Notes: a model not told the origin generated them from the sequence alone. A stretch of 64,000 nucleotides of DNA from Rubripirellula sp. (GCA_965216875.1 OZ244207.1:5664001-5728000); one strand, 5' to 3'. Counted from the stretch's first letter, positions 48,725 to 60,006 are shown. Numbers and translations are program-made.

Positions 48725-50059
48725 CTATGCCGTCACCGATGTATCTTCGCCGGCCCCCACGGGACGACCAATGCTGTAGTACACAAACCCCTGATCCACC
48801 ATGCGATCGGGTTCATACAAGTTGCGTCCGTCAAAGATGACGTGCCCGTTCATACGCGTACGCATCTCGCTGAAGTCGGGATTGTGATACACCTTCCATT
48901 CGGTGTTGATCGCCAAGGCATCGGCACCGTTTAGAGCGTCCATTGCCGATTCGCAATAGATCAGCTGATTCCCGTAGATTTCGCGGATATTCTCGATCGC
49001 TTCGGGGTCATGCACCTGTGGAACAGCGCCCTTTTCGAGCAAGTAGTTCAAAAGCGTCAACGCGGGTGCTTCGCGGATGTCATCCGTTCGCGGCTTGAAA
49101 GCGAGGCCCCAAATGGAGACTCGTTTCCCGGCGAGGTTCCCGTCAAAGTGTCGGTCAACCTTTTCAACCAGTACTTTCTTTTGCTCGCGGTTGACATCGT
49201 CAACGGCGTCCATGATTCGTGGCGAGAGACCCAAGTCGCGTGCCATGCTCGCCAATGCGCGAACGTCTTTGGGGAAACAGCTTCCACCGTAGCCAACACC
49301 AGGAAACAAGAAAGCGAAACCGATACGTTGGTCGTGTCCGATACCGCGACGCACATCATTGATGTCGCCGCCCATACGCTCACAAAGGTTCGCCATCTCG
49401 TTGATGAAAGAGATCTTTGTACTCAGCAACGCGTTGGCAACGTACTTGGTCAGTTCTGCTGACTGAGGGCTCATCGACAAGAACGGTTTGTCGGTTCGCA
49501 AGAAGGGACGATACAGCTCGTGTAAAACATCGGCGACTTCTTGACGCCGCACGCCGACCACCACTCGGTCGGGCTTCATGAAATCTTCGATCGCCGCGCC
49601 TTCCTTCAAGAACTCAGGATTGCTTGCGACGTCCACATCGCGATTGAGCGTTTCTCGCAGCCGATCAAAAATCCACTGATTCGTTCCAACCGGCACGGTG
49701 CTCTTGGTGACGACGATTGCATCGTCCGTCAAATGAGGTGCCATCGAATCGACAACCGCTTTGAGCGCGGTTAGGTCGGCCGATCCGTCATCCGAAGGAG
49801 GTGTGCCGACCGCCAAGTAGATGATGCGCGACGAACTCACCGCCTCGGCCAAATCGGTCGTGAAGGTCAGTTGGCCGTTTTCACTGTTGCGAAGCACCAG
49901 CTCCTTAAGACCAGGCTCGTAAATCGGAATCACACCTTGCCGCAGGCCATTGATTTTGGCTTCGTCGATATCGACACACGCAACGTCGTTACCGCTGTCA
50001 GCGAAACAGGTACCAGTCACCAGCCCAACATAGCCGGTTCCGATCATCGCGATTTTCAT
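48725..50059 (-). CDS. ugd: UDP-glucose 6-dehydrogenase
   Basis: [56 protein letters not shown]. Confidence 0.95.
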   Translation of the reverse strand: MKIAMIGTGYVGLVTGTCFADSGNDVACVDIDEAKINGLRQGVIPIYEPGLKELVLRNSENGQLTFTTDLAEAVSSSRIIYLAVGTPPSDDGSADLTALKAVVDSMAPHLTDDAIVVTKSTVPVGTNQWIFDRLRETLNRDVDVASNPEFLKEGAAIEDFMKPDRVVVGVRRQEVADVLHELYRPFLRTDKPFLSMSPQSAELTKYVANALLSTKISFINEMANLCERMGGDINDVRRGIGHDQRIGFAFLFPGVGYGGSCFPKDVRALASMARDLGLSPRIMDAVDDVNREQKKVLVEKVDRHFDGNLAGKRVSIWGLAFKPRTDDIREAPALTLLNYLLEKGAVPQVHDPEAIENIREIYGNQLIYCESAMDALNGADALAINTEWKVYHNPDFSEMRTRMNGHVIFDGRNLYEPDRMVDQGFVYYSIGRPVGAGEDTSVTA

Positions 50060-50302
50060 TTGATTCTCACCTTTGACATACCAACTGAGGTATTTGCTCT
50101 TTCGTGACCTTGATTGTAGTTCGGTAGGGGGTGAGTCATACCTTCGCTGCAGCGGATTCACCATCCTGCAGCCAACGGCGTCACCCAAGCCGTAAAACCG
50201 GAATCAATGCTATTGTCGATACGACAGTCTAGCCAGCCAGGTCATCCTGGCGGCTGGAGTTAGGGAACGCGGATTTCGCAGTCACGGCCCGCAATTCGAC
50301 GA

Positions 50303-53300
50303 TTACGGATCGACCTTGAATTCGCGTGGTAGCGTGTATTGTTTGGTTGCCGCCGCGGCTCGAGTCGTGATCAAAATCGCCTTGCCTCCCGACGCTTGCG
50401 GGTCATCAGCGACCACCCAAATCAACGCCTGCTTGGGGTCGCTGGGGCCTGTTGCCGTCTTGTCGGGATTGGCCCCCAAGACCAAGTCGGTAAGCACCGT
50501 ACGCAACGGAACATCTGATTTGGAAAAATCGCGAATCTGTTGATTCTGGGTAATGCCGCCAGCTTCAAGGTCGCCACCGACGATTCGCACCGGAGGTAAC
50601 TCCGATCCGCCGGGCAGCGATCGCTTGAATTCGTCGACCACCGTATTGATCCCAAACTCGAGCGACTCTTGGTCGAACGAAACGGACATCTTGCGATCAA
50701 GCATCTCATCCATCGTAAGCGGCTTGGCCTGGGGCGTCGCGGCCACCGTGCTTCCCGAACCTGGTTTTGTATTGAGTGCATAGAGCAGCGCAACGGAAAC
50801 TTGCGATGCCGCTCGCGATGGCAAGTAGACGTTCGCCGTTGCGGCGCCATCGGAGATTCCGAATCGAGCTTGCCGACTGACGAAGGACATCATCTGCTCC
50901 AATCGCGACCAAAGTAGTCGCCAAGACGCATCGGGAACCGAATCAAGCATGAATCCACTGGCCCAATCGGGCCACGCGTTCACGGTTTCCGACAAACGTT
51001 TCATCAAAGCAGCTTCAGAGATCCCACCGCTGGGCGCCAAACGCAGTTCCGCGAAAACGTTGTCGTCGCTGATGTCGGCGATCAAAAGTGCTGCAGCAAC
51101 ATCAGGAATCAATAACGACTTCATCGGCGCGACCAACTGGGGCGCCGATGTTGCCAACAGTTCTCGGCCATCAGCCACAAGAAAATTGGGGGTCAGCAAG
51201 ACGGCAAGATCCGACTCGATGCTCGTTGCCTTCCACAGGTTTTGCAACGAGCGAGGAAGTGGAATGGCGCCCCCTTCGTTCTCGGCGACTTCGCTCACCC
51301 TTGGAATCGAACCGACCGCAAATCGAGCCACGTTACCGGCGTCATCTTTGTCATCGGGAGCAATGTAGTAGGCATCCGTTCCCTCCTCGTCACCGGCGTA
51401 GATGGTCGCGCCTGTGCGCGTCTTTGATTCAAACGCATCCCAATCTTCGGTCAGTTGTTTGAGTGGTTTCGGGCTTACCAGTTCGATCGCAAGCGAAACA
51501 TCTGGCCAGCCGTCTTTGCCCGGATGCAAAGCGACACCACATCGCTTGATCTCGCTCGCATCAACCTTTGCTCGAGTTGCAACTTGGCTAAGCAGTTGAC
51601 CGAGCTCGGGCGAAAAGGCGTCGACCAAGGAGTCTCCAACGGGCGATTGATTGATGCTGGCGAGGTTGACCGACATGACAACACCCGGTCCAGGAGGCAG
51701 CAGTTCGAGCGATGCCGATTTGGAATCGGTGCCGTAGGGTGGCACCCAAAGCAGGCGGTCGTCTTCAATCAATTCGTAGCCAGCCACGGCGGGCATCGGA
51801 TCAACAGGATCGGATTCTTGTGCCGTCGAACGCCCCGTCACCGACGGAATCACATCGGGAATGGGTGGACGTGTGCGCGGCTTTTTCTCTTCTTCACCGC
51901 CACCACCGACGATGAGAAACATCAGCATTAAGAGAATGGGCACACACATGGCCCCTAAGATGATCGGAGCGCGGCTCTTCTTTTTCTTTCGCCGACGAAC
52001 CGTACGCGCCGGTGCAGAGGCACTGGCCGCAGAGGTACTGGCCGCAGAGGTACTGGCCGCAGAGGTACTGGCCGCAGAGGTATTGGCCGCGGGTGGACCA
52101 GTGGATTCTCCGGATGCGTCATCGGTAGTGATGGCAACGTCGCTAGCAGCGACGACAGGAGGCTCGGCGGGCGACTCGATTGGCGGAGCCGCCGCGGTTT
52201 CGCCTTCCCCGTTCGTTGTCGTTTCAGTTACCTCGGCCGCGGTCGCATCTGCGTCTCGCTCTTTTGCCGCCGACATCGATGGGGCGTCGTTCGTCTCGGC
52301 TGGTTCGGTCGGTTTTGTTGCCGCCTGAGGGTCACCCGTGGATGCTTTGGCGTTCTTGGGTTGAGAGGACGTCGACGCCTTTGTCACTGGCGGAGCCGTT
52401 GGTTTCGACTTCGACTTTTTAGACTTTGGCTGCTTCGTCGCGGGTCGCGAAGACTCGGCTTTACTGGATGGAGTCGTAGGTTGAGTTGCTTTGGGCTTTC
52501 GCTGTGATAGCGAGGGTTTTGGCGGCGCGGGTTTGGTTTTGGCTTTTTGGTTCTCGGCCTTTGGCGGAACCGCATTCTCTTCCACCGCTGGGGGCGCTGC
52601 GATCGGCGGTGGCTCTGGCGTACTCGTCTCAGTGGCTGCCACCGTTTCGGCTGCAGGTTCATCTTGAATGATCGCAGCGACGGGTGGCTCCGCTTCATCG
52701 ATCAGCGGCAGGGTCGCCTGCAAGGCTTCGCAAAACTGTTGGCTCGTGGCAAATCGTGAAGCTGGATTCTTGGCGACCGCAAAGCCCAGGACGCGAAACA
52801 ACGGGTCACCTGTTTCGCCCTTTTGAACGGCGTCTACGATTTCGGCTGGGGTTTGCTCAGCATGAGCGGCGAGCAACTCGGCTTGAGTCGAGCCCTCCGC
52901 GGGCATGCGGCCGGTTGCTAAGCAATAGATCAAACAACCGAGCGCATAGATGTCGCTGGCTTGGTCGCACGCTGCACCCTCAACCGCTAGCTCGGGTGCG
53001 CAGAAGGCGAGTGGCGACGTTGATGGATCGAGCCAACCATGTGGGTCTTGCGCGAGGGGACTTGAAGGAGGTCCCGATGGATCTCGCAAGAGAAGCGTTT
53101 CACCAGCGCTGCCAAGCCAAATCCGATCAAGACGGACCGAGCCATGAACGAGGTTGCGAGCATGCAATGCTGCAATCGCCTCGGCCACTGCGATCCCGAC
53201 TTCACAGGCACGTCGTTTTCCGAGGGCCGAAGGGGTGGCAACACATCCTTCGGGCAGCGGGGCAAAGACCGTTGTCTGTTCGCCAAGATTTTCGATCACC

Positions 53301-53692
53301 GCGGACTGAAGCGATCTGGCGACCACTTCGGCGTGAGCTGCTAGCCATTGGTCGCGGCCGCCAACTAAATGCTCGGGCGTGGCAAGGAAAAGCACACCGT
53401 TGCTGCCGTCATCCAAAGTCTTGGCGGCAAGCCAGCGGGCGAAGGGACTTGGCCCACTGTCGATGACGACATAGCGGCCAACCTTCAAGCTGCGCCCCTC
53501 CAGAATCGAGCCGGCTTGGTATTCGCTCAGCTGACCGTTCTTGATCAGAAACTTCGCCAACGAAACGGCTTCGCTTGGGGGAGTTCCGCCGTTTGCATCA
53601 CAGAACGCAGCCGCAATCTTCTTGCACCCATCGGGGTCGGTGATGCCACTTTCAACGAGACGGGTCCAAAACTCGCTAAGGGCGATCGACAT
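50303..53692 (-). CDS. Membrane-anchored Ser/Thr kinase-like protein (pseudokinase) with a large periplasmic domain
   Basis: C-lobe FCAPE and SDIYALG retained; catalytic loop reads HGSVRLDRI; TM helix after RRRKKKK. Confidence 0.8.
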   Translation of the reverse strand: MSIALSEFWTRLVESGITDPDGCKKIAAAFCDANGGTPPSEAVSLAKFLIKNGQLSEYQAGSILEGRSLKVGRYVVIDSGPSPFARWLAAKTLDDGSNGVLFLATPEHLVGGRDQWLAAHAEVVARSLQSAVIENLGEQTTVFAPLPEGCVATPSALGKRRACEVGIAVAEAIAALHARNLVHGSVRLDRIWLGSAGETLLLRDPSGPPSSPLAQDPHGWLDPSTSPLAFCAPELAVEGAACDQASDIYALGCLIYCLATGRMPAEGSTQAELLAAHAEQTPAEIVDAVQKGETGDPLFRVLGFAVAKNPASRFATSQQFCEALQATLPLIDEAEPPVAAIIQDEPAAETVAATETSTPEPPPIAAPPAVEENAVPPKAENQKAKTKPAPPKPSLSQRKPKATQPTTPSSKAESSRPATKQPKSKKSKSKPTAPPVTKASTSSQPKNAKASTGDPQAATKPTEPAETNDAPSMSAAKERDADATAAEVTETTTNGEGETAAAPPIESPAEPPVVAASDVAITTDDASGESTGPPAANTSAASTSAASTSAASTSAASASAPARTVRRRKKKKSRAPIILGAMCVPILLMLMFLIVGGGGEEEKKPRTRPPIPDVIPSVTGRSTAQESDPVDPMPAVAGYELIEDDRLLWVPPYGTDSKSASLELLPPGPGVVMSVNLASINQSPVGDSLVDAFSPELGQLLSQVATRAKVDASEIKRCGVALHPGKDGWPDVSLAIELVSPKPLKQLTEDWDAFESKTRTGATIYAGDEEGTDAYYIAPDDKDDAGNVARFAVGSIPRVSEVAENEGGAIPLPRSLQNLWKATSIESDLAVLLTPNFLVADGRELLATSAPQLVAPMKSLLIPDVAAALLIADISDDNVFAELRLAPSGGISEAALMKRLSETVNAWPDWASGFMLDSVPDASWRLLWSRLEQMMSFVSRQARFGISDGAATANVYLPSRAASQVSVALLYALNTKPGSGSTVAATPQAKPLTMDEMLDRKMSVSFDQESLEFGINTVVDEFKRSLPGGSELPPVRIVGGDLEAGGITQNQQIRDFSKSDVPLRTVLTDLVLGANPDKTATGPSDPKQALIWVVADDPQASGGKAILITTRAAAATKQYTLPREFKVDP
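52014..52088. repeat. Coding 15-bp x5 repeat (AASTS)
   Basis: gcagagg(t/c)a(c/t)tggcc x5. Confidence 0.9.
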
Positions 53693-54177
53693 ACTTGCCT
53701 TCAACAGGGTGGGATCGAGGAGGAGAATCGGCGAAATTCGGGTGCCTACGGCACCTCGCTGGTTTACCAATCACGGGCTGCTCTACCAGTCATCGGGTCG
53801 GCGGGGACTGGTCGTACGGCGAGCCTCTTTCAGGTAAAGGCTGTGGTAGCCGCCGGTCGTCCTGGGCGTGCGGTCATTTGTCGCCAGAACCGGCAAGACG
53901 GCACCACCTAATTCTAGTCTGACATCGAAGGGTTGCGGAGGCAGCGACAAATGCTGCCCGGTTCTCCCCCGTTAGAACCAGTTCGCGGCCCGAATGTCAC
54001 ACCTCAAAGATTGCCGAGACCTTAGGGCCTAACAAGGCAACGCGAAATCGAACAAAAAGAGCGTGTCACAACTCGTCCCCGAAGCCGGTTCCAATGTGGT
54101 CCTGCCCAGGCGCGATGACTAAACTCGATGCCACAATAAAGATTCGCCCCCATGATGCCCGCAGCTCGAGACCCAGC

Positions 54178-55680
54178 GTGAACGTCGTTTACCTCACCTC
54201 AGAAGCCGTTCCTTTCGCAAAGACGGGCGGTCTTGCCGACGTTTGTGGAACGTTGCCAGCTCGGGTCGCAGCGATGGGTCACCGCGCCACGATCATCATG
54301 CCCGCCTTTCGCAGCATTCGAAACGGTGGCGTGCCAGTTGAATCGACCGACATCAGTTTTGCGGTACCAATGGGAGACCAGAAACTGATTGGTTGCCGGT
54401 TGCTCAAGAGCAAGTTGCCAGAAGGCGACGTTACCGTCTGGTTCATTGATCAACCGCAATACTTCGACCGCGATTCGATCTACGGAACTTCGGCGGGAGA
54501 CTACCCCGACAACGCAGAGCGATTCGCCTTTTACTGCCGCGCGGCCATCCAAGCCATCCGCCGCATCGGATGGACGGTCGACATTGTCCATTGCAACGAT
54601 TGGCAATCGGGGCTCGTGCCCGCATTGATGGCCGCCGACCCAAGTCCACAACCGTGGATGCATCGCGCGGCCACCGTCATGACCATCCACAACCTGGCCT
54701 ATCAAGGTCAGTTCCCCAAGTCAGCGTTTGCGTGGACAGGACTTGGGTGGGAGCACTTTCGACAAGAGTCGTTCGAGTTCCACAACCAACTGAATTTCTT
54801 GAAGACCGGCATCATTAGCGCCGACGCAATCACAACGGTCAGCCCCAAGTACGCCGAAGAAATACGCACATCACAACGTGGCTGCGGACTCGAATCGGTC
54901 CTTGAATATGTCTCACACCGATTGACGGGCATCACCAACGGCATCGACAAAACGATCTGGAATCCCAAGACCGACTTGAAGCTCAGCCATCACTACGACG
55001 TCGACAACTGGCGTGAAGGCAAAGCAGGCAACAAACATTCGTTGCAAACACAATTCGGATTGGAAGTCAGCAACGATGTGCCTTTGATTGGACTTGTCGG
55101 TCGGCTCGCCCAACAGAAGGGATGGGACCTGATCGTTCCCGCGATTCGCTGGCACCTCGAACAGAATCGCCCCACCCAGTGGATCGTGCTTGGCAGCGGC
55201 GACGCTCACTACGAACAACAACTGCGCGAGCTCGCAGCCGAGTACCCACAACGATTCGCATTGCATGTTGGCTTCCATGACGCGCTTGCTCATCGGATCG
55301 AAGCTGGCTCGGATGTGTTCGTGATGCCAAGTCACTACGAACCTTGCGGGTTAAACCAACTTTACAGCCTGCGTTATGGCACTGTGCCGATTGTCACACC
55401 CACCGGCGGCTTGGCGAACACCGTTGTTGATTGCAGCGATGACACACTTGCTGACAAAACTGCAACAGGGTTTTACATCAAAGACTTCACACCCGAAGCG
55501 CTCGACGATGCGATCGGACGTGCGCTTCATTTGCGCTACCATCGTCCCGACGACTGGGCTCAGTTGGTAGAGACCGGCATGACGCAAGATTGGTCGTGGA
55601 CGAAGAGTGCGAGCGAGTACGTCCGTCTTTACGAGGAAACGCTTGCCCTTAAACGCCAGACAATGCCAAGCTCTCCGTAA
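54178..55680 (+). CDS. glgA: Glycogen synthase
   Basis: SEAVPFAKTGGLADV, HCNDWQ, TIHNLAYQG, GRLAQQKG, MPSHYEPCGL, TGGLANTV. Confidence 0.95.
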   Translation: MNVVYLTSEAVPFAKTGGLADVCGTLPARVAAMGHRATIIMPAFRSIRNGGVPVESTDISFAVPMGDQKLIGCRLLKSKLPEGDVTVWFIDQPQYFDRDSIYGTSAGDYPDNAERFAFYCRAAIQAIRRIGWTVDIVHCNDWQSGLVPALMAADPSPQPWMHRAATVMTIHNLAYQGQFPKSAFAWTGLGWEHFRQESFEFHNQLNFLKTGIISADAITTVSPKYAEEIRTSQRGCGLESVLEYVSHRLTGITNGIDKTIWNPKTDLKLSHHYDVDNWREGKAGNKHSLQTQFGLEVSNDVPLIGLVGRLAQQKGWDLIVPAIRWHLEQNRPTQWIVLGSGDAHYEQQLRELAAEYPQRFALHVGFHDALAHRIEAGSDVFVMPSHYEPCGLNQLYSLRYGTVPIVTPTGGLANTVVDCSDDTLADKTATGFYIKDFTPEALDDAIGRALHLRYHRPDDWAQLVETGMTQDWSWTKSASEYVRLYEETLALKRQTMPSSP

Positions 55681-55806
55681 TAGCGGAAAACACGAGGTTT
55701 TTTGACACTTTCAGCTCGGAAAAAACCTTAGATGCGGTACGATTGCCACGCTACGCGCAACGCAACTTGACGCGTTTGATTCCGCTTCTGGTGAGACGAG
55801 CCACCG

Positions 55807-56946
55807 ATGATTGAAGCCGCAAAACCCAAACCGGTATCGAGCCAAACGGACCAAGGTTCTATCGAGGGAAGTGCTCAATCAAGGCTTGATCCCATCACCG
55901 GTGACTGGACGATCTTTGCACCCGATCGAGGCAAACGGCCCGACGACTTCAAGGTCACCGAAACGGTCACGAGCGAGCCGGTCGCTTGCCCCTTCTGCCG
56001 CGGACACGAAAACGACACGCCACCGCCAGTATGGACCGGTAAGGTGGTCGACGATCGCCTCGAAATCAACAAGAGCGGCGGAACCCATTCACAGTCGTGG
56101 AACGTGCGTGTTGTTCCCAACAAGTTCCCAGCGGTCACGCCCGCAGACAACCTCGCTCCACCCAACGCATTCGGCGCACCGCAACCAAGCATTTTTCAAA
56201 GCCACCCGCTTGCTGGTGGACACGAGGTGATCATCGAGTCACCCGAGCACGTTCAATCGCTCACGCAACTCGATGTCGCCGAAACCAACCTGGTCTTTCA
56301 CGCGTATCGCGATCGCATTCGTTACTGGCGCGACCAACCGAACATTCAATCGATCAGCGTCTTCAAGAACGTAGGTGGACAAGCGGGCGCGTCGCTGCAG
56401 CACTCGCACAGTCAACTCATTGCACTTGACCGCATGCCCAAATCGGTTGCGGGAACGATCGAACGACTGCAACACCACCAAGCAACGACCGGCTGCTGCC
56501 TGCAATGCGATCTGATTCGTGCTGAATTGAAATCGAAACAGCGGGTGATCACACAAACCGATGACCTGATCGCCTTCTGCCCCTTTGCAAGCCGATTGCC
56601 CATGCTGATTCGCGTCACAAGCAAAGCCCACCAAGCTTGCTTTGAAGATCTCGAGAGCGAGACGATCGAATCGGTTTCCCGACTGGTCACGCGTGCCGTT
56701 TCCTGGCTCGAAAGCCTCCACCGCGGTGTTTCCTACAACCTGCTGCTTCACACTCGACCGCCAGCGGCCCCGGGCGGCAATGAACCCTACCAATGGTCGA
56801 TCGACATCTTTCCACGACTGACCCAGATCGCGGGCTTCGAGTGGAGCACCGATTGCATGATCAACCCCGTCCTGCCCGAAACCGCGGCCGCGCGATACCG
56901 AACCTGTGTCGCGGCGGAAAACCCACGGCACATCCTACGTAGCTAG
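55807..56946 (+). CDS. GalT-like HIT-family nucleotidyltransferase
   Basis: RGKRP, CPFC, VVPNKFP, GHEVIIESP, GASLQHSHSQ, CCLQC, AGFEW. Confidence 0.88.
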   Translation: MIEAAKPKPVSSQTDQGSIEGSAQSRLDPITGDWTIFAPDRGKRPDDFKVTETVTSEPVACPFCRGHENDTPPPVWTGKVVDDRLEINKSGGTHSQSWNVRVVPNKFPAVTPADNLAPPNAFGAPQPSIFQSHPLAGGHEVIIESPEHVQSLTQLDVAETNLVFHAYRDRIRYWRDQPNIQSISVFKNVGGQAGASLQHSHSQLIALDRMPKSVAGTIERLQHHQATTGCCLQCDLIRAELKSKQRVITQTDDLIAFCPFASRLPMLIRVTSKAHQACFEDLESETIESVSRLVTRAVSWLESLHRGVSYNLLLHTRPPAAPGGNEPYQWSIDIFPRLTQIAGFEWSTDCMINPVLPETAAARYRTCVAAENPRHILRS

Positions 56947-57148
56947 GACGATTCGGCAGGCGCGTCCACCAGCAGAAATCCTTGCCCAAGTTCACTCAAC
57001 TGAGCCGCGATCGCGTAAGCGGCTGGGCCTTGCTCGCCTTCACACTCGCTGCGCATCGGCAAGGGCACGAGGCCTGACGGCCGGCGGCTCACAGGCACTG
57101 CGCAAGAAGTTGCCCTGATGGCACCAAGATTGCAATCCGCAGCACTAG
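56943..57148. mobile_element. MITE-like element, copy 2, bounded by CTAG at both ends
   Basis: Body homologous to about 18930-19115. Right end ATTGCAATCCGCAGCACTAG is the perfect reverse complement of copy 1's left 20 bp. Left TIR degenerate. Confidence 0.7.
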
Positions 57149-57187
57149 CGTGTTCGGCTCACGTAAACGCGCAGCCCCAGCTTTCAA

Positions 57188-57211
57188 CCACGCCCTGGCG
57201 AGCGTAGCCAC
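57188..57211 (-). repeat. Single REP unit of the GTAGCTACGCTCGCCAGAGCG family
   Basis: Reverse complement gtggctacgctcgccagggcgtgg matches the unit at 62466. Confidence 0.7.
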
Positions 57212-57605
57212 GACCCTACGCACGCCTGTTTCCCCCGTGAAACTTGACGTGACGAAATCCGTTGGACTTTGCTGCCAACTTTGGCCGATAGAACCAAGTG
57301 CACGGTCGACTCTAAGGATTGGGTTGTCCTATTGGATCATGACGATGATCCCACAAAACCTCCCCTATTTTCGATCCTAACTGCATTCGTTCCGCTCCCG
57401 ACACCATTCGGAAAATCGCACGAACACCCTACAATCGGTCGCTCTTCGTTGACCCGCACGCACCGAAGGCTCAACAATTGCAGCAATCGGTAGGGTTCAA
57501 CGGCGACGTTCCGTGCGACTTGGCTATCTAACGATTGCCATCTCCGAATCATCGATAGCGACTCCAAACCTTTTGCGGTCACCCCCAGCGACAACCAATA
57601 GATCA

Positions 57606-59768
57606 ATGAATCACGTTCATCTGTGCCTGGTTCTGCATAACCACCAACCCATCGGCAACTTCGACGGGGTTTTCGAACAGTCGTACCAAGACAGCTACCT
57701 GCCGTTCTTGGATGTGTTCGAACCCTACGAGCATTTGCAGATCTCTTTGCACACATCGGGGCCACTGATGATGTGGTTGGCCGAGCGTCATCCCGACTAC
57801 CTTGACCGTGTGCGTGCTCTGGTCGAAATGGGTCGCATCGAAATCATCGGCGGGCCGCAATACGAACCGATCATGACCATGTTGCCTTCACGCGACCGAG
57901 TCGGCCAAATCCAAGCCTACGCCAATTGGCTCGAACGCAACCTCGGCAGTCGCCCGACCGGTATGTGGACTCCTGAACGTGTTTGGGAGTCGTCGCTAGC
58001 CAACGACGTTGTCGAAGCGGGTATCCAGTACACCGTCCTGGACGACTTCCACTTCAAAGCCGCCGGTCTCTCCGACGAACAATTGACGGGCTACTTCCTT
58101 ACCGAAGACGCCGGGCGTGTGCTGCGAATCTTCCCTGGTTCGGAACACCTGCGATACACCATTCCGTTTCGTCCCGTCAGTGAAACAATCGACTACTGTC
58201 GCAAGGTCGCCGAAGAACATCCCGGCGCTGTGTTGACCTTCGGCGACGACGGCGAAAAGTTTGGCACTTGGCCCGATACCAAAAAGCACGTTTACCAAGA
58301 CGGCTGGTTGCGTGGATTCTTTGACGGCTTGACCGAAAACGCTGATTGGTTGCACACCATCTCGCTCGCCGAAGCGACTCGCAAGACCGCACCGGCTGGC
58401 AAGGTCTACTTGCCCGATTGCAGCTATCGCGAAATGACCGAGTGGTCGCTGCCGGTCGAAGCTCAGGAAACGTTCGACGATGTTGTGCACGCGATGGATG
58501 ACCACCCGCGTTGGGGTGACTTGAAGTCGTTTGTCCGTGGCGGCTACTGGCGCAACTTCAAAAACAAGTACGAAGAAACCAACGAAATGTACGCGCGGAT
58601 GATGAACGTCAGCGCGCGATTGGCCGAGGCGGAAGCTGCTGGTGTCGATGCAGGCGAGCTTGCCGAAATCCGTGACCACCTGTATCGCGGCCAATGCAAT
58701 TGTCCGTATTGGCACGGTGCGTTTGGCGGCATCTACCTGCCACACCTGCGCAACGCGATCTTCACCCATTTGATCGAGGCTGATACCCGACTTGATCAAG
58801 CAACCGGCACCGACCCGGCCACCGTCCAAGCAACCGCTGACGATTACAACTTCGATGGCCAGCAAGAAGTTCGCATGAGCAACGATCGGCTGTGTGCTTG
58901 GATCGCACCCGGCCGCGGCGGACGCCTGTACGAACTTGACGTGCGCGGCATCAGTCACAACCTGCTCGCCACGTTGCAACGTCGTCCCGAAAGCTATCAC
59001 CGCAAAGTCCTTTCGGGACCGAGCGACAGTGGCGACGATGTCGCGAGCATTCACGATCGCGTCGTCTTTAAGCAAGCTGACCTCGACCAACGCTTGCACT
59101 ACGACCAATTCCCTCGCAAGAGCTTGATGGATCACTTCTACGACAACGAAGCGACCCTCGAATCGGTCCAGCGCGGCGAAGCTCTCGAGCGGGGCGATTT
59201 CGTCGACCTTCCGTTCGAAACGAAACTCCGGCGCGGGTCCGATCGTGTCCAAGTGCAAATGCGTCGCGACGGCAACGCCTGGGGCATTCCCATCACGTTG
59301 ACCAAAGCGGTCACGATGGTCGCCGGCAGCGAGAAGTTGTCAGTCACCTATCTGCTAGAGAACTTGCCACCAGGGCAACCGTTGCACTTTGCGATCGAGC
59401 TGAACTTCGCTGGCCTTCCCGCTGGCGCTGATGACCGTTACTTCAGTGACGGGGATGGCAACAACCTCGGACAGCTCGGCAAGCAACTCGACTTGCAGGA
59501 CGCCAAGTTCCTGAGCCTGTCCGATCGATGGCTCGGGATCGATGTTTCGCTCGAGTTCGATCGCCCAAGCGGATTGTGGGCATTTCCAATCGAAACGGTC
59601 AGCCAAAGTGAAGGCGGTTTCGAACTTGTCCACCAGAGCGTTTGCGTTCAGCCTCACTGGATCGTCACCGGCGATGCCGACGGGCGCTGGGTTGTTCAAT
59701 TCGACATGACGACCGCGTGTGAACAACAAGCCGAAACGGTTCACGAAGAACAAGCGATCCAGCTTTAA
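57606..59768 (+). CDS. GH57 alpha-amylase/4-alpha-glucanotransferase
   Basis: LHNHQPIGNF, GMWTPERVWE, FGDDGEKFG, SYREMTEW, QCNCPYWHGAFGGIYLPHLR. Confidence 0.93.
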   Translation: MNHVHLCLVLHNHQPIGNFDGVFEQSYQDSYLPFLDVFEPYEHLQISLHTSGPLMMWLAERHPDYLDRVRALVEMGRIEIIGGPQYEPIMTMLPSRDRVGQIQAYANWLERNLGSRPTGMWTPERVWESSLANDVVEAGIQYTVLDDFHFKAAGLSDEQLTGYFLTEDAGRVLRIFPGSEHLRYTIPFRPVSETIDYCRKVAEEHPGAVLTFGDDGEKFGTWPDTKKHVYQDGWLRGFFDGLTENADWLHTISLAEATRKTAPAGKVYLPDCSYREMTEWSLPVEAQETFDDVVHAMDDHPRWGDLKSFVRGGYWRNFKNKYEETNEMYARMMNVSARLAEAEAAGVDAGELAEIRDHLYRGQCNCPYWHGAFGGIYLPHLRNAIFTHLIEADTRLDQATGTDPATVQATADDYNFDGQQEVRMSNDRLCAWIAPGRGGRLYELDVRGISHNLLATLQRRPESYHRKVLSGPSDSGDDVASIHDRVVFKQADLDQRLHYDQFPRKSLMDHFYDNEATLESVQRGEALERGDFVDLPFETKLRRGSDRVQVQMRRDGNAWGIPITLTKAVTMVAGSEKLSVTYLLENLPPGQPLHFAIELNFAGLPAGADDRYFSDGDGNNLGQLGKQLDLQDAKFLSLSDRWLGIDVSLEFDRPSGLWAFPIETVSQSEGGFELVHQSVCVQPHWIVTGDADGRWVVQFDMTTACEQQAETVHEEQAIQL

Positions 59769-59780
59769 TGCTCAAGTGTT

Positions 59781-60006
59781 CCGTGATCGCGCGAGCGGCC
59801 GGGCTTAGGAAGATCGATTGAATGAGCCACCGAGAGCACGGAGTAAGAATCCCATGGTGAATTCTGCTCGTGCTCGTGCTCGACCGCAATGAACCGGCGT
59901 CTTGCTACTAAGCCGTGATCGCGTAAGCGGCCGGGCCCCCTCTGCGCGTGGCCGGGTCTTGTCGCCCGCCGGATCTGCGTCGCTGTCGCTCCTTGATCCG
60001 GCCTAC
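59781..60006. repeat. Mosaic of dispersed repeats between convergent genes
   Basis: (ag)ccgtgatcgcg..agcggccggg at 59781 and 59911 (same core as in the MITE); gctcgtgctcgtgctcga near 59866; E. coli-like REP at 59968-60006. Confidence 0.75.
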
